Assembly (NCBI GenBank): GCA_964224415.1
Contig: CAXQIE010000013.1
Span: 57,198 to 121,197, forward strand
Source: Neptunomonas phycophila
GTDB lineage: Bacteria > Pseudomonadota > Alphaproteobacteria > Caulobacterales > Caulobacteraceae
Direction of reading: 5' to 3'
Length of the DNA: 64,000 bases
Part shown: positions 1 through 11,657 of the stretch, piece by piece
Layout: every line of letters starts with the position of its first letter
Numbering within the stretch: position 1 is the stretch's first letter
Position numbers and translations under genes: made by a program
Notes under the pieces: model-generated
Told to the model about the DNA's origin: nothing
Databases searched by the model: none
What the model saw: the letters and a program-made list of their open reading frames with translations, nothing else

Positions 1-550
1 CACCACCTGGGGCGCGCGTCAGGGCATCTCACCCCTGTTGCCCGGCGCGGTGCAGGCCTGGATCGATCCGGTCCTGCCGGCCCTGCCCGAGACATTCGGC
101 CGCGAACGCGACCGCACCCTGACCACCGCCGCCTGTCACCTTTGCGACCTCGGCGCGCGCCTGCACCCCGACCACCGGGTCGAGCTGGTCTTCGAACAGG
201 TGCTGCGCGCCCCCATTCCCGGCCAGACCCATGCCGAGCGGGCCTTCCTCGCCTGCGCACTTAACGCCCGTTACGGCGGCCCCTCCGCCACGCCCCAGCC
301 CGATGTCGTCAACCGGCTTCTGGATGAGGAAGGCAGGCGTCACGCCCGCGCACTCGGTCAGGCGATCCGGCTGGCCTGCGACCTGTCTGGTCGCGCGCCC
401 CAACTGCTGGCGGGGGCCCGGCTGGCGATTGACGACGGCACCCTGACGCTGACGCCCGCGGACGGCTATGCAGACATGCTGCTGGGCGAGCAGACCCGCA
501 GGCGGCTGAAATCCCTGGCCGACACGCTTGGCCTTGCCTGCGGCGACTGA
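1..550 (+). CDS. Ppx/GppA-family phosphatase (exopolyphosphatase-like), C-terminal fragment; gene starts upstream of the window
   Basis: The frame is open from nt 2 (TTWGARQGISPL...) into the 38..550 ORF. The C-terminal helical region (HAERAFLACALNARYGG...LACDLSGR) resembles Ppx/GppA C-terminal domains by eye. No N-terminal catalytic part is visible. Confidence 0.5.
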   Translation, partial: TTWGARQGISPLLPGAVQAWIDPVLPALPETFGRERDRTLTTAACHLCDLGARLHPDHRVELVFEQVLRAPIPGQTHAERAFLACALNARYGGPSATPQPDVVNRLLDEEGRRHARALGQAIRLACDLSGRAPQLLAGARLAIDDGTLTLTPADGYADMLLGEQTRRRLKSLADTLGLACGD

Positions 551-587
551 GCGGCGCACCGTCCGGACCAGCACAGGAGAGACACCC

Positions 588-956
588 ATGGCAGTCACCG
601 GCATTGGCGGCTTCTTCTTCCGGTCAGAGAACCCCGAGGCTCTGGGCGAATGGTATCTGACGCATCTGGGCGTCGGCGCCCCGCCGGGCGTGTTCATCTG
701 GGACCAGCAGGCCGGACCGACGGTGTTTGCGCCGTTCAAGGCCGACAGCGACTATTTCGCCGCTGACAAACGCTGGATGCTGAACCTGCGTGTCGATGAT
801 CTGGATGGCCTGATCGCGTCGCTGACGACCGCCGGGATCGAAGTGCTGACCAAGGCAGAATGGGACGCGCCCGAGGTCGGTCGCTTCGCCCGCATCCACG
901 ACCCCGAGGGCAATCCCATCGAGCTGTGGGAGCCTGCGCCGACTGCGCCGTCCTAG
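588..956 (+). CDS. VOC (glyoxalase/bleomycin-resistance/dioxygenase) family protein
   Basis: ATG at 588 is preceded by AGGAGA (575-580). The N-terminus MAVTGIGGFFFRSENPEALGEWY and the C-terminus ARIHDPEGNPIELWEP are typical VOC beta-alpha-beta-beta-beta modules. Confidence 0.7.
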   Translation: MAVTGIGGFFFRSENPEALGEWYLTHLGVGAPPGVFIWDQQAGPTVFAPFKADSDYFAADKRWMLNLRVDDLDGLIASLTTAGIEVLTKAEWDAPEVGRFARIHDPEGNPIELWEPAPTAPS

Positions 957-2104
957 CCCTCGATTTCCACCACCTCGACTCGCGAGCCGTTCAGCACCAG
1001 CGCCAGTTCGCCGCGCTTCAGCTTCAACGCATCCTCGCCGAACATCTCGCGCCGCCAGCCCTTGAGGGCGTCGACCGGGGCGTTGTCGTCCAGGGCGATC
1101 TTCTCAAGGTCCGCGACATTGGCGATCATCTTGGTCGCCACACCGGCATTGTCGCTCTTGGCCTTCAGCAGCACCTTCAGCAACTCGACCACCGAGGGCG
1201 CCGCCGCCGGACGGTGGCCGGGCCGTTCAATGTCCGGCGCATGGGCCTCCGGGTCGGCCAGCACCCGCCGCAATTCCTCGATCAGGCTCTCGCCGAGGCG
1301 CGAGGCCCCGAATCCCTTGGACACCGACCGCAGCCGGTTGAAGGCGTCCGGATCGGTCGGGGCCTGGGTGGCGATCTCGTCAATCGCCTCGTCCTTGATG
1401 ATCCGCCCGCGCGGCTGGTCGCGTTCTTGGGCCATGCGCTCGCGCCAGACGGCGGTCGCCACGAAGGCCGCCAGATACTTGGCCGAATACTTCTTGGGTT
1501 TCAGCCGCTTCCAGGCATTTTCAGGTGTGGTGTCGTAGAGCTGGGGATCGGTCAGGGCGCCCATCTCCTGCAGCACCCAGTCCAGACGTCCGGCCCTGGC
1601 CAGTTGCTCACGCAGACGCGGATAGAGCGCCGCCAGATGGGTCACATCACCCAGCGCATAGGTCAGTTGGGCGTCCGACAGCGGCCGCCGGGCCCAGTCG
1701 GTGAAGCGGCTACCCTTGTCCAGTTCCTTCTTCAGCATCTGGCGGACCAGCGCCTCGTACGACACCTGATCGCCAAAGCCTGCCGCCATGGCCGCCACCT
1801 GGGTGTCGAACATCGGCAGGGGCATGGCCCCCAGCCGCACGAAGATCTCGATGTCCTGCCGCGCCGCATGGAAGACCTTGATGATCTTCGGGTCGCGCAG
1901 CAGGGCGAGGAAGGGCTCCATGTCCAGCCCCTCGGCCATCGGGTCGATGATCCCCGACACTTCGCTCGACGCTGCCTGGATCAGGCACAGCCGCGGCCAA
2001 TAGGTGGTTTCGCGCATGAACTCGGTGTCCACGGCAATGAACGGTGCCTTCGCCAGGTCCGCACAGAAGTCGACAAGGGCTGGATTGGTGGTGATCGGGG
2101 TCAT
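953..2104 (-). CDS. rnd: ribonuclease D
   Basis: 383 aa. It has a DEDDy 3'-5' exonuclease N-terminus ([39 protein letters not shown]) followed by HRDC-like helical repeats. Confidence 0.9.
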   Translation of the reverse strand: MTPITTNPALVDFCADLAKAPFIAVDTEFMRETTYWPRLCLIQAASSEVSGIIDPMAEGLDMEPFLALLRDPKIIKVFHAARQDIEIFVRLGAMPLPMFDTQVAAMAAGFGDQVSYEALVRQMLKKELDKGSRFTDWARRPLSDAQLTYALGDVTHLAALYPRLREQLARAGRLDWVLQEMGALTDPQLYDTTPENAWKRLKPKKYSAKYLAAFVATAVWRERMAQERDQPRGRIIKDEAIDEIATQAPTDPDAFNRLRSVSKGFGASRLGESLIEELRRVLADPEAHAPDIERPGHRPAAAPSVVELLKVLLKAKSDNAGVATKMIANVADLEKIALDDNAPVDALKGWRREMFGEDALKLKRGELALVLNGSRVEVVEIEG

Positions 2105-2184
2105 TTGAATGCTATAGCCCCGGCGTGCGCCCCCATGGCAAGAGGGGCGCCGGATTTCCGTCCACTGATTCAGGTTCGTGTTCG

Positions 2185-3225
<1,041 letters not shown>

Positions 3226-3283
3226 GCGCTTGACCCCCGGGGGCCGATGCCCTCACGGTAGCCGACCTGTTCAGGAGATTGCC

Positions 3284-4669
3284 ATGCGTCTGATCGCGTC
3301 CCTCTGCCTCGCCGCCGGCGCCGCCCTTGCTCTCGGCACAGCCTCGCCGGCCTCGGCCCAGACGTCCGCCGCCGTGGACCATCCCGAACTCCGCGCGCTC
3401 GGCCTGCTGGTTCAGCCCGAGCGGATGCGCGCCGACATCGAAACCATGGTCGGCTTCGGCACCCGCCACACCCTGTCCGAGACGGCGTCCGAAACGCGCG
3501 GCGTCGGCGCCGCCCGCCGCTGGGTCGCCCGCGAATTCGAAAGCATCAGCCAGACCTGCGGGGGATGCATCGAGGTCGTCACCCCGTCCGACGTCGTCAC
3601 CGGACGCCGCATCCCCAATCCGACCGAAGTTGTCAGCGTCGTCGCCATCCAGCGCGGCACCGGCGATCCCAACCGGGTCATCATCATCTCGGGCCATCTG
3701 GATTCCCGCGTCACCGATGTGATGGACTTCACCTCGGACGCCCCCGGCGCCAATGACGACGCCTCGGGCGTCGCGGCCCTGATCGAGGCGGCCCGCATCC
3801 TGTCGGCCTATGAGTTCGAGGCCACTCTCGTCTATGCGGCCCTGACGGGCGAAGAGCAGGGCCTGGTCGGCGCGGGCATCGTCGCCGACTACGCCGTCGA
3901 ACAGGGCTGGTTCGTACAGGCCAATCTGAACAACGACATGGTCGGCAATATCGAGGGCCAGAGCGGCGTCATCGACAACACCCGCATCCGCGTCTTTTCC
4001 GAAGGCACCAAGACGGTCGAGACCGAATCCCAGGCCGCCACGCGTCGCTACAACGGCGGCGAGGTTGACTCCTCCTCGCGCAATCTGGCCCGCTTCATCG
4101 ACAGTATCGCCGACCGTTACCTGACCAATTTCGATGTCGAGATGGTCTATCGCACCGACCGCTACGGACGCGGCGGCGATCAGGTGGCCATGCTGCGCGC
4201 GGGCTTCCCGGCCGTGCGCATTACCGAGGGCTCCGAAAACTATGACCGCCAGCATCAGGACCTCCGGGTCGAAAACGGCATTCGCTATGGCGACACCATC
4301 GACGGGGTCGATTTCGACTATCTGGCCCAGGCCACACGGCTGAATGTCATCACCATGGCGGCTCTCGCATGGGCGCCGGCTCCGCCGACCGGGGTGGTCG
4401 TCGAGGGTGCGGTCCTGCCTGACACCACCCTGCGCTGGCAGGCTGTGCCGGGTGCGGCGGGCTACCGGGTCTGGTGGCGCTCGACCACCGCGCCGCAGTG
4501 GACCCACAGCCTCTGGGTTGAAGGCGGCGACACGACCTCGGCGGTGCTGAAGGGCGTGGTCATCGACGACTGGTTCTTCGGGGTCTCGGCCGTGTCCGAG
4601 GACGGCTATGAGAGCCCGGTGACCTTCCCCGGCCCGGCCGGCGACTATCGCGTGGCCCCCGCCGAGTGA
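3284..4669 (+). CDS. secreted M28-family metallopeptidase with C-terminal fibronectin-III-like domain
   Basis: ATG at 3284 follows AGGAGA. The signal peptide is MRLIASLCLAAGAALALGTASPASA. M28 metal-ligand motifs SGHLDS, GANDDASGVA and GEEQGLVG are present. The C-terminal LRWQAVPGAAGYRVWWR is FN3-like. Confidence 0.8.
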   Translation: MRLIASLCLAAGAALALGTASPASAQTSAAVDHPELRALGLLVQPERMRADIETMVGFGTRHTLSETASETRGVGAARRWVAREFESISQTCGGCIEVVTPSDVVTGRRIPNPTEVVSVVAIQRGTGDPNRVIIISGHLDSRVTDVMDFTSDAPGANDDASGVAALIEAARILSAYEFEATLVYAALTGEEQGLVGAGIVADYAVEQGWFVQANLNNDMVGNIEGQSGVIDNTRIRVFSEGTKTVETESQAATRRYNGGEVDSSSRNLARFIDSIADRYLTNFDVEMVYRTDRYGRGGDQVAMLRAGFPAVRITEGSENYDRQHQDLRVENGIRYGDTIDGVDFDYLAQATRLNVITMAALAWAPAPPTGVVVEGAVLPDTTLRWQAVPGAAGYRVWWRSTTAPQWTHSLWVEGGDTTSAVLKGVVIDDWFFGVSAVSEDGYESPVTFPGPAGDYRVAPAE

Positions 4670-5244
4670 CAAAAGCGCCTGTTCGTGTCGCCGTGCTGAT
4701 TTCCGGCACGGGCAGCAATCTGCGCGCCCTGGTCGAGGGGGCCGGCGACGCCTATAGCGTGGCCCTCGTGCTGTCGAACCGCCCCGAGGCGCCGGGTCTG
4801 GCATGGGCTGCCGACCGCGGCATCGCCACCCTCGCCTTGCCCCACGCCCCGTTCGGCAAGGATCGACAGGCGCACGAGGCGGCCCTCGACGCCGCCTTGC
4901 GCGCCCACGACATCGAAGTCCTGGCCCTCGCCGGCTATATGCGCGTCCTGACCCCTTGGCTGGTCGGTCGCTGGTCCGGCCGGATGCTCAACATCCACCC
5001 CAGCCTGCTGCCGAAATACCCCGGTCTCGACACCCACCGCCGCGCGATCGAGGCCGGCGACGCCGAGGCCGGCTGCACCGTCCACCTCGTCAGCGAAGGC
5101 GTGGACGAAGGGCCCGTGCTAGATCAGGCCCGCGTGCCGGTTCTCGATGGCGACACGCCGGAGACACTGGCCGCGAGGGTGCTGGAGGCGGAGCATCGGC
5201 TGTATCCGGCGGCGCTGGCGGCGTTTTGCGGGGAGCTGAGCTGA
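4666..5244 (+). CDS. purN: phosphoribosylglycinamide formyltransferase
   Basis: The GTG start overlaps the upstream stop (GTGA). Motifs VAVLISGTGSNL and NIHPSLLP are present, with the Asp of the catalytic triad in VDEGPV. Confidence 0.9.
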   Translation: MTKAPVRVAVLISGTGSNLRALVEGAGDAYSVALVLSNRPEAPGLAWAADRGIATLALPHAPFGKDRQAHEAALDAALRAHDIEVLALAGYMRVLTPWLVGRWSGRMLNIHPSLLPKYPGLDTHRRAIEAGDAEAGCTVHLVSEGVDEGPVLDQARVPVLDGDTPETLAARVLEAEHRLYPAALAAFCGELS

Positions 5245-5375
5245 CCGGGGCCGCGCCCGCCCCGGAGGAATCCCGCACCGGATCAACAATCTCACCATAA
5301 CTGGCGCCTGTCAGCCCGACCTGCTTCGCAGAGCCCCTATACTGCCTGGTTCGCTGGAGCGATGCGCAGGGGGGA

Positions 5376-5605
5376 TTCAGACCATTCAGACGGTTCAGAC
5401 GGTTCAGACGGTATTTTGTCTCCTCCCTGCCGCGCAGCGGTGGGGAGGGGGACCACGAAGTGGTGGAGGGGTTCTTCAGGCCAGGCGATATCTCCTGCCC
5501 GGGGTTCAGGACCCCTCCGTCACGGCGCAAGGTGCGCCGCGCCACCTCCCCACGCATGGGGAGGAGATGAGGAAAGCCGACCCTTCAGACTATTCAGACG
5601 GTATT
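5376..5605. repeat. composite intergenic repeat: tandem 9-mers TTCAGACGG (4 copies at 5376-5411, 2 copies at 5584-5601, each followed by TATT) flanking two inverted copies of a GC-rich CCTCCC...GGGGAGG...GGAGGGGT module
   Basis: Read directly from the sequence: ttcagacca ttcagacgg ttcagacgg ttcagacgg tatt, and ttcagacta ttcagacgg tatt. The inner modules tctcctccc..ggggaggggg..ggaggggttc (5418-5472 approx.) and its approximate reverse complement (5511-5570 approx.) each contain short hairpins. Confidence 0.6.
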
Positions 5606-5613
5606 TCGCCCAC

Positions 5614-5643
5614 GAAAAAGGCCCCGGCGTTTCCACCGGGGCC
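5614..5643 (-). terminator. Rho-independent terminator downstream of ndk
   Basis: On the minus strand, GGCCCCGG-(8 nt loop)-CCGGGGCC is followed by TTTTTCG. It starts 23 nt after the ndk stop. Confidence 0.65.
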
Positions 5644-5665
5644 TCGTTCATCGCGTCACTCAGGC

Positions 5666-6085
5666 TTAGCCGACGATCTGGTCGTCGGTGAAGAACTGGG
5701 CGATTTCGATGCCGGCGTTTTCGATCGAGTCCGAGCCGTGGACCGAGTTTTCACCGATCGACAGGGCGAACTGCTTGCGGATGGTGCCCTCGGCGGCCTG
5801 TTCCGGGTTGGTGGCGCCCATGACTTCGCGGTAGCGGGCCACGGCGTTCTCGCCTTCCAGCACCTGGACGACGACCGGCTCGGCGGTCATCTGGCCGACC
5901 AGCTCACCGTAGAAGGGGCGCTCGGCGTGGACTTCGTAGAATTTCTTGGCTTGCGCTTCGGTCAGCTTCACGCGGCGCTGGCCGACGATGCGCAGGCCGG
6001 CGCCCTCGATCACGGCGTTGATGGCGCCTGTCAGGTTGCGGCGCGTCGCGTCGGGCTTGATGATCGAGAAGGTGCGTTCGGTCAT
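5666..6085 (-). CDS. ndk: nucleoside-diphosphate kinase
   Basis: This is the last 139 codons of the 668-aa track [23 protein letters not shown]...NSVHGSDS (active-site His) is a full-length Ndk. ATG at 6085-6083. Confidence 0.95.
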   Translation of the reverse strand: MTERTFSIIKPDATRRNLTGAINAVIEGAGLRIVGQRRVKLTEAQAKKFYEVHAERPFYGELVGQMTAEPVVVQVLEGENAVARYREVMGATNPEQAAEGTIRKQFALSIGENSVHGSDSIENAGIEIAQFFTDDQIVG

Positions 6086-6223
6086 GGGGGTCAGTCTTCG
6101 TTTGGGGGTTTCGGGTCGCGGGCTTATAGCGGGGCGCCCGCGCCTTTCCAACCACCCCCGTGAAGCCGGTCGCCGTCTGGCGTATCCGGTGCCCGTCTGC
6201 CTTTTGCGATATTCCTCCTCCCC

Positions 6224-8113
6224 ATGCTTCAAATCACCAATCTGACCTTCAACGCCTGGGGCCGCCAGTTCCTCGACGACGCCTCCGTCTCCCTGCCGCC
6301 GGGGGCCAAGGTCGGCCTCGTGGGCCGGAACGGCATCGGCAAGTCGACCCTGTTCAAGATCATCCTCGGCGAGCTGGCCGGCAACGGCGACGAAGTCTCC
6401 CTGCCGAAGACCGCCCGCATCGGCTCGGTCGATCAGGAGCACCCGGCCACCCCCGTCAGTGTCATCGAGACAATCCTCGAGGCCGATACCGAACGCCACG
6501 AGCTGCTGACCCGTCTTGAGACCGCCGAGCCCGAGGAGATGGGCGAGATCTGGGCCCGGCTGATCGAGATTGACGCCGACGGCGCCCCGGCCCGCGCGGC
6601 CGAAATCCTGGCCGGCCTCGGATTCGACCACGAGAACCAGCAGCGGCCGATGTCGCATTTCTCGGGCGGCTGGCGGATGCGCGTCGCCCTGGCCGCGGCC
6701 CTGTTCGCCCAGCCGGACATGCTGCTGCTCGACGAACCGACCAACTACCTCGACCTCGAGGGTGCGCTGTGGCTGGAGGCTCGCCTCAAGAAATACCCCG
6801 CGACGGCCCTCATCATCTCCCACGACCGCGAGATGCTGAACGAGGTCTGCACCCACATCCTGCACCTCTCGAACCGCAAGCTGACGCTCTACACCGGCAA
6901 CTACGACCAGTTCGAAAAGGCCCGGTCCGAGAAGCTGCGCCTCATGGCCGCCACCCAGGCCAAGCAGGAGGCCGAGCGCGCGCACCTTCAAAAATTCATC
7001 GACCGCTTCAAGGCCAAGGCGTCCAAGGCCACCCAGGCCCAGTCGCGCGTCAAGAAGCTGGAGAAGATGGAGCGGATCGAGCTGCCGCCGGATGAGCGCG
7101 TCGCGCCCTTCACCCTGCCGTCTCCTCCCCGCCCCCTGCCCCCGCCCCTGATCCGGCTGGAGCGAGCCCATGTCGGCTATGAGCCGGGCAAGCCGATCCT
7201 CAGGAACCTCAACCTGCGCATGGACCTGGACGACCGCATCGGCCTGCTGGGTGTCAACGGGGCGGGCAAATCGACCTTCGCCAAGATGATCGCCGGCGCC
7301 CTCGACATCGAGACCGGCGAGCTGCACCGCGACCGGAAGATGCGGGTCGGCTGGTTCCACCAGCACCAGATCGAGGCCATGGACCCGACCGACACCCCGC
7401 TGGAGATCATCCGCCGGGCCATGCCCGATGCCTCGGAGTCTAGCCGTCGTTCGAGGCTGGCCCAGTTCGGCCTCGCCTTCGAGAAGCAGGAGACGAAGGT
7501 GGAAGCCCTGTCGGGCGGCGAGCGCGCGCGCCTGCTGCTGAATATGGTGGCCATGGACGCGCCCCACGTCCTGATCCTCGACGAGCCGACCAACCACCTC
7601 GACATCGACAGCCGGCGCGCCCTGCTGGACGCCCTGAACGAGTATAATGGCGCCGTCATCCTGATCACCCACGACCGCTCGCTGATGGAGCTGGTCGCCG
7701 ACCGGCTGTGGCTGGCGGCCGACGGCACGGTGAAGCCTTTCGAGGGCGACATGGACGACTATGCCAAATTCGTCCTCGACCGGGCCAGGGCCGCTGCGGT
7801 CAAGCCCAGCCAGATCAAGGACGAGGCCGCGACGGCCGCCGCGCCTGCCTCGAACAACAAGGGCAAGAAGAACGAAAAAAGATCAGGTCCCTCTGCCTCG
7901 ACCCTGCGTCATGCGGTGAAGAAGGCCGAGGAGCGGATGGCCCAGCTGACGGCCGAGCTGGCCCGCATCGACGACGATATGGCCAATGCCTCGGTCAACG
8001 ATCCCAAGTCGCTGGAGGGCCTGACCCGCGCCCGGGCGAAGACACAGACCGCGCTCGACGAAGCGGAGGCCGCATGGATTGAGGCCGAGGAAGCCTTGGC
8101 GGAGGTGGCATGA
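6224..8113 (+). CDS. ABC-F family ATPase (Uup/YheS-like, two ABC domains plus C-terminal coiled coil)
   Basis: There are two Walker A motifs ([18 protein letters not shown]), two signature motifs ([16 protein letters not shown]), an inter-domain Lys/Gln-rich linker and no transmembrane domain. Confidence 0.9.
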   Translation: MLQITNLTFNAWGRQFLDDASVSLPPGAKVGLVGRNGIGKSTLFKIILGELAGNGDEVSLPKTARIGSVDQEHPATPVSVIETILEADTERHELLTRLETAEPEEMGEIWARLIEIDADGAPARAAEILAGLGFDHENQQRPMSHFSGGWRMRVALAAALFAQPDMLLLDEPTNYLDLEGALWLEARLKKYPATALIISHDREMLNEVCTHILHLSNRKLTLYTGNYDQFEKARSEKLRLMAATQAKQEAERAHLQKFIDRFKAKASKATQAQSRVKKLEKMERIELPPDERVAPFTLPSPPRPLPPPLIRLERAHVGYEPGKPILRNLNLRMDLDDRIGLLGVNGAGKSTFAKMIAGALDIETGELHRDRKMRVGWFHQHQIEAMDPTDTPLEIIRRAMPDASESSRRSRLAQFGLAFEKQETKVEALSGGERARLLLNMVAMDAPHVLILDEPTNHLDIDSRRALLDALNEYNGAVILITHDRSLMELVADRLWLAADGTVKPFEGDMDDYAKFVLDRARAAAVKPSQIKDEAATAAAPASNNKGKKNEKRSGPSASTLRHAVKKAEERMAQLTAELARIDDDMANASVNDPKSLEGLTRARAKTQTALDEAEAAWIEAEEALAEVA

Positions 8114-8364
8114 CCCGATCCATCGATCTCTCGCGGGAGGCCCGGCAGGCAGCGTCGGCCGGCCTGCGCCAGGTTCTGGCCGAGGAACTGGACGTCGAGG
8201 TCGGCGCCCTGCAGGCCGATTTGATCCTCGACAGGCTCATCCTCGACCTCGGGCCCATCCTCTACAATCGCGCCATCACCGACGCCCGCGCCGTGATCGC
8301 GGCCAGGGCCGAGGACATGGACGAGGCCCTGTACGGTCTTCAACGACAGACTGATCTGCGCTGA
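8110..8364 (+). CDS. DUF2164-like small protein
   Basis: 84 aa with an ATGA overlap with the ABC-F stop. The pattern LSREARQ...[30 protein letters not shown] matches my memory of the DUF2164 family. Confidence 0.55.
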   Translation: MTRSIDLSREARQAASAGLRQVLAEELDVEVGALQADLILDRLILDLGPILYNRAITDARAVIAARAEDMDEALYGLQRQTDLR

Positions 8365-8423
8365 GTGCTGCGGGCCCTTCCCCGCCCGGCCCGAAATAGT
8401 TTAAGGCCTCCCCCCTGAACCTT

Positions 8424-8508
8424 GCGGATGTGGCGGAACTGGTAGACGCACTGGATTTAGGTTCCAGCGCCGCGAGGCGTGGAGGTTCGAGTCCTCTCAT
8501 CCGCACCA
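8424..8508 (+). tRNA. tRNA-Leu (anticodon UAG)
   Basis: GCGGATGTGGCGGAACTGGTAGACGCACTGGATTTAGGTTCCAGCGCCGCGAGGCGTGGAGGTTCGAGTCCTCTCATCCGCACCA. The acceptor stem GCGGATG/CATCCGC pairs. The anticodon stem is CTGGA/TCCAG with loop TTTAGGT. The long variable arm is typical of Leu, the T-arm is GGTTCGAGTCC, and CCA is encoded. Confidence 0.9.
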
Positions 8509-8520
8509 CCCCACCGGGGC

Positions 8521-10179
<1,659 letters not shown>

Positions 10180-10291
10180 TCACCTTAGCGTCGATTCGCG
10201 GCGCGCACAGGGGCGATCCTCATCCGGGACCAAACGCCTGTTGAAATCCGCAGGAAAGTTGGCCGAGCCCGGAGGCTGCGGGGTCGGATAC

Positions 10292-10696
10292 CTACTGGGC
10301 AGGCTCGGATCCGGCGAGCGAGTCGAGATCGTCGAGCGTCGGCGCGGGAGCCGCCTCGGGGGCCGTGGTCGGAGGCGGGGCAACGCCAGGCTCGGCGCCT
10401 TCGGTCGCGGGGGCGGTCGGCTGGACCAGAGCACCCACGGCGTCTGCATCGATCCCGGAGGTCGATCCGCGGGACATATTGCCCGCCACGGTCAGGCTGA
10501 GCGCCAGAATGAAGAACAGGATCGCCATAACCCAGGTCGACTTGGTCAGCAGATTGCCCGCGCCGCGCGCCGTCATAAAGCCCGACGGACCGCCGCCCAT
10601 GCCAAGCGCGCCCCCTTCGGAGCGCTGCAGCAGCACCAGCGCTGTCATGGCGAGCGAGACGAGGATGATGGCGACGAGGAGAATGGTCTGGAGCAT
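10292..10696 (-). CDS. secG: preprotein translocase subunit SecG (with Ala/Pro-rich C-terminal extension)
   Basis: MLQTILLVAIILVSLAMTALVLLQRSEGGALG...LTKSTWVMAILFFILALSL is the two-TM SecG architecture. It sits between tpiA and pyrG, as in many bacteria. Confidence 0.85.
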   Translation of the reverse strand: MLQTILLVAIILVSLAMTALVLLQRSEGGALGMGGGPSGFMTARGAGNLLTKSTWVMAILFFILALSLTVAGNMSRGSTSGIDADAVGALVQPTAPATEGAEPGVAPPPTTAPEAAPAPTLDDLDSLAGSEPAQ

Positions 10697-10787
10697 GGCT
10701 GCTTATATGTGTGGCACGGGGCTGCGCCGATCAAGCGGCGGGCTCTATCATTGTTGTCGATGGGGCGCAAACCCCGGCACAGCGGGA

Positions 10788-11543
10788 TCAGGCCGCCCGG
10801 ATGATTCGGATGAAATCATCAGCCTTGAGCGAGGCCCCGCCAACCAGACCGCCGCCGACCTCCGGCACGGCCAGAATTTCGGCGGCGTTATCCGGCTTCA
10901 TGGACCCGCCGTAGAGGATGGGAGCCTGACGGGCGCCCTCCCCCAGCCGCTCGACCAGAGCAGCGCGGATCGCGGCATGAACCTCGGCGATCTGCTCCAG
11001 CGTCGGCGTCAAGCCTGTGCCGATCGCCCAGATCGGCTCATAGGCCAAGGCGAACGGTCGGTCCTTCAGCGCATCAGGCAGGGATGCGCGGACCTGGGCG
11101 GTCACAAAGCCAACGGCCTGACCGGCCTCGCGGGTCTCCAGCGACTCGCCCACGCAGATAATCGGCTCCAGCCCCGCGCGCAGCGCCGCCTCGACCTTGG
11201 CGGCGACATCGGCGTCCATTTCACCGAACCCCTCGCGGCGTTCCGAATGCCCCAGAATCACCAGTCGCGCTCCCGCATCCACCAGCATCGGAGCCGAGAT
11301 CGAGCCCGTGAAGGCCCCCGAATCCTGGTCGTGACAGTCTTGGCCGCCCAGCTCGACCGGACCAGCCCCAAGCTTCCAGGCCATCTGTGCGATCAGGGTC
11401 GCGGGCGGGCACAGGCCGACGCGGGCGTTGACGGGATCCGCCTCCAGAGCCTGACGCAGGGCACCGGCTTCATCCAGCGCCGGGGTCAGGCCGTTCATCT
11501 TCCAGTTGCCGACAATCAGTTTCACGGGCGTTTCCATGGCCAA
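10788..11543 (-). CDS. tpiA: triose-phosphate isomerase
   Basis: GNWKMNG, ILGHSERR and AYEPIWAIGTG are present. Confidence 0.95.
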   Translation of the reverse strand: MAMETPVKLIVGNWKMNGLTPALDEAGALRQALEADPVNARVGLCPPATLIAQMAWKLGAGPVELGGQDCHDQDSGAFTGSISAPMLVDAGARLVILGHSERREGFGEMDADVAAKVEAALRAGLEPIICVGESLETREAGQAVGFVTAQVRASLPDALKDRPFALAYEPIWAIGTGLTPTLEQIAEVHAAIRAALVERLGEGARQAPILYGGSMKPDNAAEILAVPEVGGGLVGGASLKADDFIRIIRAA

Positions 11544-11657
11544 GGTTTAGGAGCAGATGACCGATGCGCCAAGCCAGTGTCTTGCCGCAAGGGGGGTGGT
11601 GCCCCTATACGCCGATAAAGCCCCGCGTGGGCACCTGCGCTCTGCTCAAGGTTTGTC

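Noticed and set aside
5376-5411. Tandem TTCAGACGG units as a CRISPR array
   Set aside because: The units are 9 bp and contiguous without spacers, and there are no cas genes in the window.
5666-7672. 668-aa minus-strand ORF in the track
   Set aside because: Only its last 139 codons (5666-6085) encode Ndk. The rest is an antisense shadow of the ABC-F gene, which has clear Walker and signature motifs on the + strand.
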